Source: a virus. From it: a stretch of DNA of 64,000 nt. This document shows, piece by piece, positions 20,123-30,100 of the stretch. Numbering within the stretch: the first letter of the stretch is position 1; each line of letters starts with the position of its first letter. The position numbers and the translations under genes were made by a program. The notes beneath the pieces were generated by a model that was not told the origin of the DNA, did no database searches, and saw only the letters and a list, made by a program, of their open reading frames with translations. Where the stretch lies: positions 1 through 64,000 of IMG/VR virus record IMGVR_UViG_3300013126_001527; one strand, given 5' to 3'.

Positions 20123-20368
20123 ATGGCAAATTTAGCTAAAGTAACAAATCAAGTAGCATTCTTAGAAAAATACCTACGCGGTACAGGTAAATCATTAACA
20201 GCAGCTCAAGCAAAAGCAAACTACGGTATTGGTAACTTGTCAGCTCGTATGAGTGAGTTTCGTAAATGTGGATTGAATGTTAAGACTTCTGTTAATACAA
20301 CAGGTAAAACTGCTTACACTGTTACTGCTCGTGATTTAACTGGTTCACGTGCTAAGTATTTTTCTTAA
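20123..20368 (+). CDS. Small winged-HTH DNA-binding protein
   Basis: LTAAQAKANYGIGNLSARMSEFRKCG HTH-like; own promoter, GGAG RBS and terminator. Confidence 0.65.
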   Translation: MANLAKVTNQVAFLEKYLRGTGKSLTAAQAKANYGIGNLSARMSEFRKCGLNVKTSVNTTGKTAYTVTARDLTGSRAKYFS

Positions 20369-20395
20369 TATTAACGTTTAAGTTAATTATTCTTC

Positions 20396-20425
20396 AAAAA
20401 GCCCCTAATAGGGGCTTTTTGTTTT
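20396..20425 (+). terminator. Rho-independent terminator
   Basis: AAAAAGCCCC-taata-GGGGCTTTTT. Confidence 0.85.
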
Positions 20426-20439
20426 ATAAGTAATAGTAT

Positions 20440-21189
20440 ATGAAGTTTATTAATCGATACCAATACGTAATATTCCAAATTTTAGCACATCTGGTTACAG
20501 CGTGGGCAGTGTTTGCCTTTCACTGGTCTGAATGGTTGCTGGCTATTCCTTTTTACTTTTTGCTAGTAGGAGTTGGTATTAGTATCACTTATCACAGACT
20601 ATGTACGCATCAAGCATATAAACATTTCCCTCATTGGTTAAAAATATTAGGACTTGTATTTGGCACAGCCAATGGTCAAGGTACTAGTATTGGGTGGGTT
20701 ACAAAACATGCACAGCATCACAGCAAGAGCGACACTGAACTAGATCCACATAGCCCACACTACGCTAACCCCTATAGACTATATTGGACTAATTTGATTC
20801 ATGGCGCCAATGTCAACCCAAAATATGGTATCACAGCACTACGCGATCCAATTCAAATTTGGTTTCACAAGTATTATTGGTTTGTAAACGCCGCATATGC
20901 AGGTCTTATGTGGCTTTTAGGTGTTGAATTTTTAGTATTTGGTTACTTTGTTCCGGCGGCTTTGGGTTGGTTTGTAACTGGATATGGGGTAGCCTGTGCT
21001 AGTCATCAACGAGGTTATATTAGCTACAACAACACTAAAGACCACAGCAGAAATAACATTTGGGTAGGATATTTGGTATTTGGTGAAGGGTACCAAAATA
21101 ATCATCATCGTTTTCCAAGTGACTGTGTACTAAGTAAACGTTGGTACGAAATTGATACCCTTGGGTGGTTATTTAAACGCTTCCGTTAA
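20440..21189 (+). CDS. Membrane fatty-acid desaturase (Delta-9-like) 1
   Basis: TM helices; His boxes HRLCTH, HAQHH, GEGYQNNHH; DPHSP. Confidence 0.9.
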   Translation: MKFINRYQYVIFQILAHLVTAWAVFAFHWSEWLLAIPFYFLLVGVGISITYHRLCTHQAYKHFPHWLKILGLVFGTANGQGTSIGWVTKHAQHHSKSDTELDPHSPHYANPYRLYWTNLIHGANVNPKYGITALRDPIQIWFHKYYWFVNAAYAGLMWLLGVEFLVFGYFVPAALGWFVTGYGVACASHQRGYISYNNTKDHSRNNIWVGYLVFGEGYQNNHHRFPSDCVLSKRWYEIDTLGWLFKRFR

Positions 21190-21563
21190 AGCCCATCTGG
21201 ACGAGTTACATGTTCAATTTGTGTGTAACCTGTTAAATCAGGATTGTTAACGTCTTCTAAAACTAAAGTTTGCCCCGTTTCTGATTGATATGCATTAACT
21301 TCATCTATAGTGTCTGGAGTACCCCAACTTGGGATATACAGACGTGCTGTACTTTCATATTCATCAAAGAACGCATCGTCAGAGAACACATGATCGACTA
21401 CTAGCGTCAAATCAGTATCCGGATTGCCCTTCATGTATGTGGTAATCTTGCCTGTGTCGTTAAATCTTGAAATATTTTCTACTACTGTGTCAAAAAAGAC
21501 ATACATAGCCCAAACTGAATTAGTGTCGGGTCTAGTAAAAGTTCCTCTAATAGATTTTGCCAT
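21186..21563 (-). CDS. Hypothetical protein
   Basis: AAGGA RBS and minus-strand ATAAATA late-like motif near 21590. Confidence 0.6.
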   Translation of the reverse strand: MAKSIRGTFTRPDTNSVWAMYVFFDTVVENISRFNDTGKITTYMKGNPDTDLTLVVDHVFSDDAFFDEYESTARLYIPSWGTPDTIDEVNAYQSETGQTLVLEDVNNPDLTGYTQIEHVTRPDGL

Positions 21564-21605
21564 TTTAAAATCCTTAAAATATATCAAGTATTTATTATTT
21601 TTTGA

Positions 21606-21634
21606 TTGACTTTTTTATGTTTTGATAGTATAAT
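21606..21634 (+). promoter_or_regulatory. Sigma70 promoter
   Basis: TTGACT-17 nt-TATAAT. Confidence 0.75.
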
Positions 21635-21654
21635 TGCTACTGTTAATAATAATT

Positions 21655-22251
21655 ATGGCACACATTATGGCAACTACTAAAACATATTTGGCTATTGGCG
21701 CGGCTGTATTCGTAGGTAACGTCTTGTATCATGCGATCGATAATGGCAGTGAGCGTATCAGCAACGTAGAGGAACAGGTCGCTGAAATGCGTGAAGAAGT
21801 TGAAGAACTTAAGCAGGTGGTTCTTGCGCACACTCCTATACATGTAAAATACAACAAAGATGACGTTGAATGTTTAGCTCGCAATATCTATTGGGAAGCC
21901 GGGGTTGAGGATATGATGGGTAAAATTGCTGTAGGTAACGTTACAATCAACCGAGTAAAAGCTCGTTATTGGGGTACACATATCTGTGATGTTGTATATA
22001 GCAAGGATCAATTTAGTTGGACTAAAGAAAGAAAACGTGCCTGGGTCAAATTGCAAGGACAAGCATGGAGAGACAGCCGGGCTGCAGCCCATGCGGTATT
22101 GGATGGCATTAGCGTAAAGCAATTAAACAAGGCCTTGTATTATCATGCAGATTATGTTAAGCCTAAATGGCGAGATAAAGACAAGCAAGTGACCCAAATT
22201 GGGAGACATATTTTCTATACACAAGCAAAGGACACAAATATCAAGTTATGA
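21655..22251 (+). CDS. Cell wall hydrolase, SleB family, N-terminally anchored
   Basis: CLARNIYWEA, VTINRV, QFSW, YYHADYVKPKW, IGRHIFY. Confidence 0.9.
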   Translation: MAHIMATTKTYLAIGAAVFVGNVLYHAIDNGSERISNVEEQVAEMREEVEELKQVVLAHTPIHVKYNKDDVECLARNIYWEAGVEDMMGKIAVGNVTINRVKARYWGTHICDVVYSKDQFSWTKERKRAWVKLQGQAWRDSRAAAHAVLDGISVKQLNKALYYHADYVKPKWRDKDKQVTQIGRHIFYTQAKDTNIKL

Positions 22252-22709
22252 AATATTTTAGTTACGGAATGAACACTAATTTAAGTAGCATGGCCATGCG
22301 ATGCCCCAAAGCTCGCAGTCTTGGCGCCACTGTACTACCGCATTATCAATTTGAATTTAAAAGTTTTGCCACAGTTACTCCAAAAATGGATCACAAAGTT
22401 GAAGGTGTTCTTTGGGAAATCTCTGATGAATGTGAACGTAGTTTGGACCGTTTAGAAGGCTATCCAATTTACTATGGTAAAATTATTGTTTGGGTTGAGT
22501 ATGAGGGTCAACTGGTCCCTTGTATGACTTACTTAATGTACCCGGAAGAAGAATACAACTACCCTAGTCAAAGTTATGTAGACATGCTTACAGAAGGGTA
22601 CACATCACACGGTATCAGCTTAGACCAAATCAATTGGGCACTAGTACAGATAGATGACCTAAATGGTAATACCTGGTTGACAGGTAAAGAAGTAAATTAT
22701 ATAGTATAA
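22248..22709 (+). CDS. Gamma-glutamylcyclotransferase (AIG2-like)
   Basis: YFSYGMN, VEGVLW, LDRLEGYP motifs. Confidence 0.85.
   Translation: MKYFSYGMNTNLSSMAMRCPKARSLGATVLPHYQFEFKSFATVTPKMDHKVEGVLWEISDECERSLDRLEGYPIYYGKIIVWVEYEGQLVPCMTYLMYPEEEYNYPSQSYVDMLTEGYTSHGISLDQINWALVQIDDLNGNTWLTGKEVNYIV
22677..22705 (+). promoter_or_regulatory. Sigma70 promoter
   Basis: TTGACA-17 nt-TATAGT within end of GGCT gene. Confidence 0.7.
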
Positions 22710-22726
22710 GTATCAAGGAGACACAT

Positions 22727-23584
22727 ATGGCCACTGAGCAACAAAAAGAAGAGTTGATGCAGACTCTTAAATTTACGCCGCGTAACTATAAAATTGAAAT
22801 TTGGGGTTATGGTGGAGAAATTTATTGGGGTCCGGTTGACCGTAAAATCTACGACTTGTTCAAAGAAAAATCAATCGATATTGAGCAGTACGCAGGTGGT
22901 TGGGATGACGACATGTGGGCAGATATTCCAGCAGACATGCGTCCATTTGAACCAGGTAGTGCTTATGAGTGTGATTATGGGTGTCATTTGAGCGGTGCTA
23001 CCTTTGACGAAAGTAGTTACGTAACTGTCTACGATGAAAATGGTGAGCAGGTTTGGCAAAGTAGCCTAGACAGTGTGGCCCTTGCTGAACACGGGGTAGG
23101 ATACGATTGCATTGATGAGAAGTATGTCAATGACTACGAACCAGGCACTGTAGTGTTTATGGGTGCGCAGGGTGAAAAAGGACTATTTTTTGGTAACGAG
23201 TTTGAAATTAAATCGCCGTTTGATCCTAGCAAGCTACAGATTAACTATGAAGACTGTGACGGCTGGATGCTGACCAGCAGTGTAAGTTATGATGGCCAAG
23301 ACATTGACGGCAATGACTACGATACCACAGGTAAGTGGGGTGAGAACAAGTGGCTCATCATTGGTAGTGATGAAGAAGTCTATGATGGCGTAGAACGTGA
23401 CGAAGAATCCTATGAAGATACTAGCGATGATGACGAAGAAATTACATTAGATGATTGGGATCCTACCGCAGAGTTAGATAAGATTGAAGTTCCTAAAGTA
23501 GATAATACGTTCCCCATGCAGGATGGTGATGGTGAACCGTTGGACGACCCAGACAGTTCATCAAAGGGTAAGTGGCCATTCTAA
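22727..23584 (+). CDS. Highly acidic hypothetical protein
   Basis: AAGGAG RBS; D/E-rich; C-terminal KWPF. Confidence 0.7.
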   Translation: MATEQQKEELMQTLKFTPRNYKIEIWGYGGEIYWGPVDRKIYDLFKEKSIDIEQYAGGWDDDMWADIPADMRPFEPGSAYECDYGCHLSGATFDESSYVTVYDENGEQVWQSSLDSVALAEHGVGYDCIDEKYVNDYEPGTVVFMGAQGEKGLFFGNEFEIKSPFDPSKLQINYEDCDGWMLTSSVSYDGQDIDGNDYDTTGKWGENKWLIIGSDEEVYDGVERDEESYEDTSDDDEEITLDDWDPTAELDKIEVPKVDNTFPMQDGDGEPLDDPDSSSKGKWPF

Positions 23585-23940
23585 TGTCGATATATACAGC
23601 AACTAATAGTCCTAATTACAGTAACGTAATTGTTGGTGGCAGTCTAACTGCTACTACAGCCAACCATAACAGTGTGATTACTGTGTCCAACGGTACAGGC
23701 GCTACTTGGAGTAATCAAGCCAGAACTACTGCCAAAGGGCAACTACACCTAGAAGGTCCAGATGCTGACTTGGTTATCAATGGTGTTAAGCTCAGTGACA
23801 TCTTAAATGGCATTACTGCTAGACTTAGTATCCTACAGCCTAAACCAGAACTGCTTGAAAAGTACGAAAACCTACGTCAAGCATACGAGCATTATAAAAC
23901 CCTAGAAGCCTTGCTACATGAAGAATCAACTTCTAAATAG
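23584..23940 (+). CDS. Hypothetical protein
   Basis: TAATG coupling; C-terminal LRQAYEHYKTLEALL helix. Confidence 0.6.
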   Translation: MSIYTATNSPNYSNVIVGGSLTATTANHNSVITVSNGTGATWSNQARTTAKGQLHLEGPDADLVINGVKLSDILNGITARLSILQPKPELLEKYENLRQAYEHYKTLEALLHEESTSK

Positions 23941-24115
23941 CAATTACGTACTGGACGTTCGAGGCGAAGCTATCAATCAAGTTGATGAGTGGGTCAATCT
24001 TCATTTAACCAAAGATGAAGATTATACCTACATGCTGTCTGATGTATTTCCTCCCCGTTTTAGGTACTATTTTAAGTGCCCGCAACAGCATTTAATGGCC
24101 ACACTTAAGTCTTGA
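23918..24115 (+). CDS. Hypothetical protein
   Basis: 65 aa ORF in operon. Confidence 0.5.
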   Translation: MKNQLLNSNYVLDVRGEAINQVDEWVNLHLTKDEDYTYMLSDVFPPRFRYYFKCPQQHLMATLKS

Positions 24116-24140
24116 CATTTTGGTTAAATGGTGCTATAAT
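24112..24140 (+). promoter_or_regulatory. Consensus sigma70 promoter (extended -10)
   Basis: TTGACA-17 nt-TATAAT with TGn extension. Confidence 0.85.
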
Positions 24141-24172
24141 AGCATTAAATAATACAAAAGAGAGCTAGAATT

Positions 24173-24514
24173 ATGTCAATTTTACAGGCACTTTTACAAA
24201 CGTATATCTTTATTAGTGTAGCTTTTACCACGTTCTTCTTAATTGGTTTGATTAGAAATTTATACAAAGCTCTTAAAAAAGACGAAGCTGCAGAAGTACT
24301 TGAAAAAGTTAAAAATCAACTGAAATTAGTCTACATTGAACAGGACTGTGGTATGTTTCATTTGTATGACAAAACTACTAATTGTTTCATTGCCCAAGGG
24401 TACACAGAAGATGAAATGTGGGCTACAGCCAAGTTGAATTTTCCTAAACAAGAGTTTATAATAGAAGGTGAAAATGGTAAGGCCGTTCTTGTTTCAGTAA
24501 AGGATATAAAATAA
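24173..24514 (+). CDS. Membrane-anchored hypothetical protein
   Basis: N-terminal TM helix; LYDKTTNCFIAQG. Confidence 0.65.
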   Translation: MSILQALLQTYIFISVAFTTFFLIGLIRNLYKALKKDEAAEVLEKVKNQLKLVYIEQDCGMFHLYDKTTNCFIAQGYTEDEMWATAKLNFPKQEFIIEGENGKAVLVSVKDIK

Positions 24515-24936
24515 TGACCATGCATCTACTACCGCCTATGTATTCAACTACCGGCAAAAAGCGAGGCAAGCAGAAACACCGTACAGCAGAAAGTGCTAAC
24601 AAGGCACGACGTAATGCTGAATCATGGCAACAACTATTGGAGAAATATGATGTTAAACCCAGTAAAGTGGTGGTGGAGAAATCTAGGTCCAGCAGAACAA
24701 CTGCTGGTAAAAGTGTGGCTGTTCCTAGGTATGATTGGCGTAGCCGTATTGATCCTAGTCGCCTTACTGACAGCATTCCTAGCCGTGACACAGGTGTCAG
24801 TGTAGCGGCTCGTCCAGCAGACAAAGTTTATACTGGTGATGCCATGTTAGGTGTTAGTGTCTTACACAAGTCAAATGGTATTCCGGTATTCCGTCAAGAA
24901 GATGCTGTGGATATTGCTAAGATGCGGAGAGGATAA
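24514..24936 (+). CDS. Conserved basic phage hypothetical protein
   Basis: C-terminal VYTGD..LG...HKSNGIPVF..EDAVDIAKMRRG motif recognised from T4-like phages. Confidence 0.7.
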   Translation: MTMHLLPPMYSTTGKKRGKQKHRTAESANKARRNAESWQQLLEKYDVKPSKVVVEKSRSSRTTAGKSVAVPRYDWRSRIDPSRLTDSIPSRDTGVSVAARPADKVYTGDAMLGVSVLHKSNGIPVFRQEDAVDIAKMRRG

Positions 24937-25124
24937 TGCGTAAAATTATTGGTTGGGTACTAAGTTGGACCCTATATTGGTTAGGTGATCTTGTGAGTAA
25001 ACCTATGAATTGGTTTGAGTGGGCATGGTGGTTATATCCTGTGTACAATCGCTTAATGAATTGGAGTTATGACATACAAGAATGGAGCGGGAACACAGGT
25101 CCATGGAAAAAATCAAATGGGTGA
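24936..25124 (+). CDS. Small Trp-rich hypothetical protein
   Basis: TAATG coupling, GGAG RBS. Confidence 0.55.
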   Translation: MRKIIGWVLSWTLYWLGDLVSKPMNWFEWAWWLYPVYNRLMNWSYDIQEWSGNTGPWKKSNG

Positions 25125-25542
25125 TGAGTGGAAAGAATACTATCGAGAAGTAACGGAGGACATGGGTTTGGGTAAAGACGAAGTGGCTAAAATGCTTATG
25201 GATATGTACGATAGTAAAAATCGCAGTTGGATGTATGCCAGTGACGAGGAAGACCTTGAGATTACAGAAGCATACTATGAAGATGAAGAAAGTGTTGACG
25301 CAGAGTATGCTACCATCCTAATGGACGAACTTACTGAGAACGGGCTAGACTCACACATCTTACTCAAATATCCAAAGATTGCCGATTGGTGGGGTGGTAT
25401 ACTTAAAGAACGCAAAAAGAAAGCAGAAGCACTGCGTAAACGTGAAGAAGCACGTCGTAAGAAGGAAGAAGACGCACGTGCTCGTGAGTCGTTGCTAGCA
25501 CGCCTAACCCCAGAAGAAAAGCGTTTATTAGGAGTCAAATAA
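25117..25542 (+). CDS. Hypothetical protein with acidic core and basic coiled-coil C-terminus
   Basis: C-terminal LARLTPEEKRLLGVK. Confidence 0.6.
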   Translation: MGDEWKEYYREVTEDMGLGKDEVAKMLMDMYDSKNRSWMYASDEEDLEITEAYYEDEESVDAEYATILMDELTENGLDSHILLKYPKIADWWGGILKERKKKAEALRKREEARRKKEEDARARESLLARLTPEEKRLLGVK

Positions 25543-25577
25543 GTTGTTAATAAATAGAGTATTAAAGGAAGTATAGT

Positions 25578-25793
25578 TTGGCCAAAGAAGACGTATTAAA
25601 ATTTACCGGCACAGTTGATGAAGTATTAGGCAACAGCATGTTCCGTGTTACATTAGAAAATGGACATAAAGTTGTGGCATATATCGGCGGTAAAATGCGT
25701 ATGCACACTATTAAAATTATTATGGGTGACACTGTAGAAGTTGAAATGACCCCATATGATCTAACTAAGGCACGTATTGTTTACAGAAAGTAA
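25578..25793 (+). CDS. infA: Translation initiation factor IF-1
   Basis: MAKEDV...FRVTLENGH...[30 protein letters not shown]; TTG start, AAGGA RBS, ATAAATA at 25550-25556. Confidence 0.95.
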   Translation: MAKEDVLKFTGTVDEVLGNSMFRVTLENGHKVVAYIGGKMRMHTIKIIMGDTVEVEMTPYDLTKARIVYRK

Positions 25794-26536
25794 TGCAATT
25801 AAATCATAAAGTTAAGCTAGTGACTGTAATACAACACATTATAGCCCTTGCAGGGCTATATTTTTACGGCATCACATGGGGATCTACCTTAACTGTTTTG
25901 GTTTTTTATTTTATATTCTTTGGGCTAGGGGTTAGTGGGGGATATCACAAACTATTCTGCCATAGGGCATTTGAAACTACAAAGTTTTGGCGCCGGACTC
26001 TATTAGCTATTGGCACAACTAGTGGTTTGGGAAGTAGTATTGCGTGGAGTTTAAGCCATAGACTTCATCATAAGTACAGCGACCAAGGTGTTGACAAAGA
26101 TCCGTATTATCCGCAAGGTGGCTTTTGGCCTGCATTTGTTGCTTGGTGGGTAGTTCCTCGTAATGTACCATATAATCCTCTGATTATTCGCGATCTACTA
26201 GCCGATCCAGAGCAAAGATTTATTCACGATCATTATTTTAAAATCTTAATTACATTTGTTTTAGTACTAACTGCTATTAATCCCTGGCTCACTATCTTTG
26301 TTTGGGCAATCCCAAACGTACTAGGATATCACGCTATACAAGCTGTTGGAGTTATCAGCCACAGTTTTGGGTCACAACAACACAACAACCACGATAATAG
26401 TCGTGATAATTTTTTAGTTGGTATTCTTACCTTTGGTGAGGGGTTTCAAAACACCCACCATTATACTCCGAGTGCATACAGGTTACACCGTTACGATGTA
26501 GTGGGGTATATCATCGACCACTTCCTTAAGAAATAA
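25793..26536 (+). CDS. Membrane fatty-acid desaturase (Delta-9-like) 2
   Basis: His boxes HKLFCH, HRLHH, GEGFQNTHH; TM helices. Confidence 0.9.
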   Translation: MQLNHKVKLVTVIQHIIALAGLYFYGITWGSTLTVLVFYFIFFGLGVSGGYHKLFCHRAFETTKFWRRTLLAIGTTSGLGSSIAWSLSHRLHHKYSDQGVDKDPYYPQGGFWPAFVAWWVVPRNVPYNPLIIRDLLADPEQRFIHDHYFKILITFVLVLTAINPWLTIFVWAIPNVLGYHAIQAVGVISHSFGSQQHNNHDNSRDNFLVGILTFGEGFQNTHHYTPSAYRLHRYDVVGYIIDHFLKK

Positions 26537-26607
26537 CGCTTTCCTAACAGATTTTGTTTGTTCATTCTAGGTAAATACAATATATAGAATTTATCTAGAG
26601 CGAACAT

Positions 26608-27162
26608 ATGACTATATCTACAGAACAATTTATTAGCGTTAACGTGGGATCTTCAGCCAACGACGGCACCGGTGACAGTTTACGAGATGCGTTTATCAAA
26701 GTTAATGAAAATTTTGCTAACATAAGCGATATTGGATTTGATGCCGGGAACATTAATGTCCAAGGGGCTATTGAAAGTCAAGGCAATATTTCTGCACCAT
26801 TTTTTGTAGGAAGCGGAGAATTTCTTACTAATCTAGCACTAGGCAATGTTACTACAGTTGGTAATTTGACAACACTAACAGTAACCGGAAATATCACTGC
26901 TAGTGCTAATGTTAATGTTACTAACAACATTGTATCCGGAAACGTATATGCACAGGGATTTTTCTTATCAGATGGTAGTTTACCTCTTGACAGCTACACC
27001 GAAGATGCCAATTTTACAGGCAATGTGACTGTAGCTAACGTATATGTTCCAACTTCAAATAGCAGTGCAGGCAGCGCAGGTCAAATTGTGTGGGACACAG
27101 ATTACCTTTATGTGTGTATTGCAACAGATACATGGAAACGTGCCAATTTGGCAACATGGTAA
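26608..27162 (+). CDS. Baseplate wedge/fibre-connector protein (T4 gp9/gp10-like N-terminus)
   Basis: VNVGSSANDGTGDSLRDAFIKVNENF; C-terminal GQIVWDTDYLYVCIATDTWKR. Confidence 0.75.
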   Translation: MTISTEQFISVNVGSSANDGTGDSLRDAFIKVNENFANISDIGFDAGNINVQGAIESQGNISAPFFVGSGEFLTNLALGNVTTVGNLTTLTVTGNITASANVNVTNNIVSGNVYAQGFFLSDGSLPLDSYTEDANFTGNVTVANVYVPTSNSSAGSAGQIVWDTDYLYVCIATDTWKRANLATW

Positions 27163-27173
27163 TAGGATAAATT

Positions 27174-30100
27174 ATGGCTTTACCTAAGTGGTTAACTCCA
27201 GCTGGCGTTCTTGGGATTATACCTGAAACTGAGTATTACGAATTTCCGCTAGATGCCTACGATGCTAGTGGTGGTACACTAACCTATCGTTTAGTGTCTG
27301 GCAGACTCCCTCCAGGGATACAATTAATTTCAACAGGCCGACTACAGGGCATCCCTATTAGTGAGTTAGGCACAGACATTAACATTGAGTATCGATTTAC
27401 TATACGAGTACAAAATAGCTCAACCGGTGGGTTGTCTGACAGAACATTTAGTATTACAATCACTAATGTATTTCCTCCGACTATTATACCAAGAAATGTT
27501 GATTTAGGTCTTTATCTTGATGGTACTGTAGTAGATCTGACCTTAGAGGCCATTGAGTTTACACCAGGCGCTGCACTAACATGGCGATTAGTTGAAGGAG
27601 AATTGCCTCCAGGGTTGTCTATTACTACCAGTGGCGTTATACAGGGGTACATAGAACCTATCCCAGAAACAGCAATTAGAACAATATCAGGCAACGACGA
27701 AGGTGGAAATGTCCTATCTTTAACAGGCTGGGGGGTTCACTACTGGAACGAGACAGTTTATTATCCAGATGATTCTAGTGTTGCAATCGGTTGGGCGCCA
27801 ACTACTCGCGCAGTAAGTAAAAGATTTACCTTTTCAATTGAAGTGTCCGATGGGGTTAACTACGATCGCACAGACTATACATTAGATGTGTTTCCTCGCA
27901 GTAGTTTAACCGCTGACAATGATACACTAACCGTAGATACTACAACAATACAGTCTACATACGCACTGCAAATTGATAGCGGCGCCAAACACGACCCAAT
28001 TATTCTTACCACACAAGACGATCTTGTACCAGTTCGGCAAGGTAGTTTCTTCAGTTTTAACGTAGATGCGCTTGACTTGGATGGTGATAATTTAGAATAT
28101 ACATTACCAATTGTAGCTAGCGGTGCGTTTGATGAGCAAGATTTTACCAGCACATCTTCGTTAAATTATGTGCCAACTAGTCCTTTGTCTGGTGTTATAT
28201 CAGCAGGGGTGTTTCCTAAAACTAGTATATCAAACACACTAGCAACTATTAATTTATATACTGGATATTCTATATCTGCTAACGTAGGAGATTATATTAC
28301 ACAGGCAATCACTGGTGCAAACGCACAAGTTCGTGCCAATGTGATAAACAGTAATCAAGTCACTGTGACTATTTTAAATAGCGGTTTTGCTGAAACTAAA
28401 GGCAATCTAGCGGTCAATGGGACCGAACTAGTGGTCTCAAGCTACACTAGTGCAACTGCAACGTGGGCAAATGTAGGGGTGATTCCTGAAACTGTTACCA
28501 CAGGAGAACCGGAAATTATCGTTGATCGCACTAGCCCGGGATTGTCTCCGGGAGATGCTATTAAAATCCTTGGTTCTAGCGATTTTTGGTACTCTGCAAC
28601 TGTAACATCCGACACATCTGTAAAATTATTAGGGAATACTAAAGTAGCAGGCAATGTAGGCGACACATTAACGCAGGCAATCAGTGGCGTAGATGCTAGT
28701 ATAAACAGTATCAGTGATACCACTGGGACGCTAACCATCGGTGGCGCCATTTTAGTAGGTACTATTCAAATATTAGGAAATTTAGTTACAGCCAATGTGG
28801 GAGATTTTGTAACGCAAAATGGATCTTTGGCAAACGCACAGGTTACTAGTAATGTAGTCGACGGCAATAATATTTCCGTAAGATATCTAGTAGGATCATT
28901 TACTACTGGGTCTGGTAATTTAAAAATTAACGGTGCAAATGTAGCATCGTATCCTGCTTCAATAGTTAGATACTCAAGTACAGTTGGGCTAACTGCTAAC
29001 GTAGGTGATTTTATTACCCAACCATCTACAGGAGCAAATGCTCAGATTACTGCCAACATAATTTCAGGGTTAACTGCTCAAGTAGAACTAGTTAGTGGTG
29101 CATTTACCCTAGGATCAGGAAATATCCAACTCAATGGAGCAAACATTAATGCGTATCCAAGTAATGTTACGGCAACCACTGACATTGAGGTTACCTACAA
29201 CACCAGTGACGTATTTTACTTAAATTCCACCGAAAGCACTGCAAAAATATTCATAGCAAATACTTCTACAAACAGTACCCCTATTAGTATTAACAGCGTT
29301 GGAATAACTGTTGGAAGTTTAGCAATAGAAGGCACTACGGGATTTGATGAAGGCAAATTTGATCAAGGTACCCTAGCGTTGCCACCCGGGTTGAGCATCA
29401 ACCCCGATACTGGGTGGATGACTGGACAACTACCGGCTCAAACAATTAATCAGATTGATTACGATTTTGAAATCTTAGTTAGAAAATCAGATGATCCGAC
29501 ATATGAATCAAGTAAACTGTACACACTAACTGTACTTGGTGATTTAAATAATCGAATTAATTGGATCACCCCGAGCAATCTTGGGACTATACAAAATGGC
29601 AAGGTTAGCGACCTATTTGTAAAAGCATTGTCGACTAAAGGAAAGCCTTTAGTATATTCATTAAAGACCGCTGGAAGTCACAGACTTCCGCAAGGTCTAT
29701 CGGTAACGACTAGTGGGTTAATTTCAGGGCGTGTAAGTTTTCAATTATTTGGATTAGATCAAGGGTCAACATCTATCGACGGCGGTGACACTACGTTTGA
29801 CAATACTTATACCTTTACCGTGGTTGCAAGTGACATTGATCGCACAGTGTCTGCTGAAAGAACATTTACTATACAAGTAATTAATAGAAACATCAAACCA
29901 TACGAGAATCTGTACCTTAAAGCTCTAACCTCTTACGATCAACGACAATATTTTGATAGTATTGTGCAGAATCGTACAGTATTCCCACAAGAACTTATAT
30001 ACAGAGGTGAAGATCCGTGGTTTGGTATTGCTAGAGATATCAAAACATTATTTTTGGCGGGCTTAGAACCAAGTACATTAGAAGAATATATACAGGCCGC

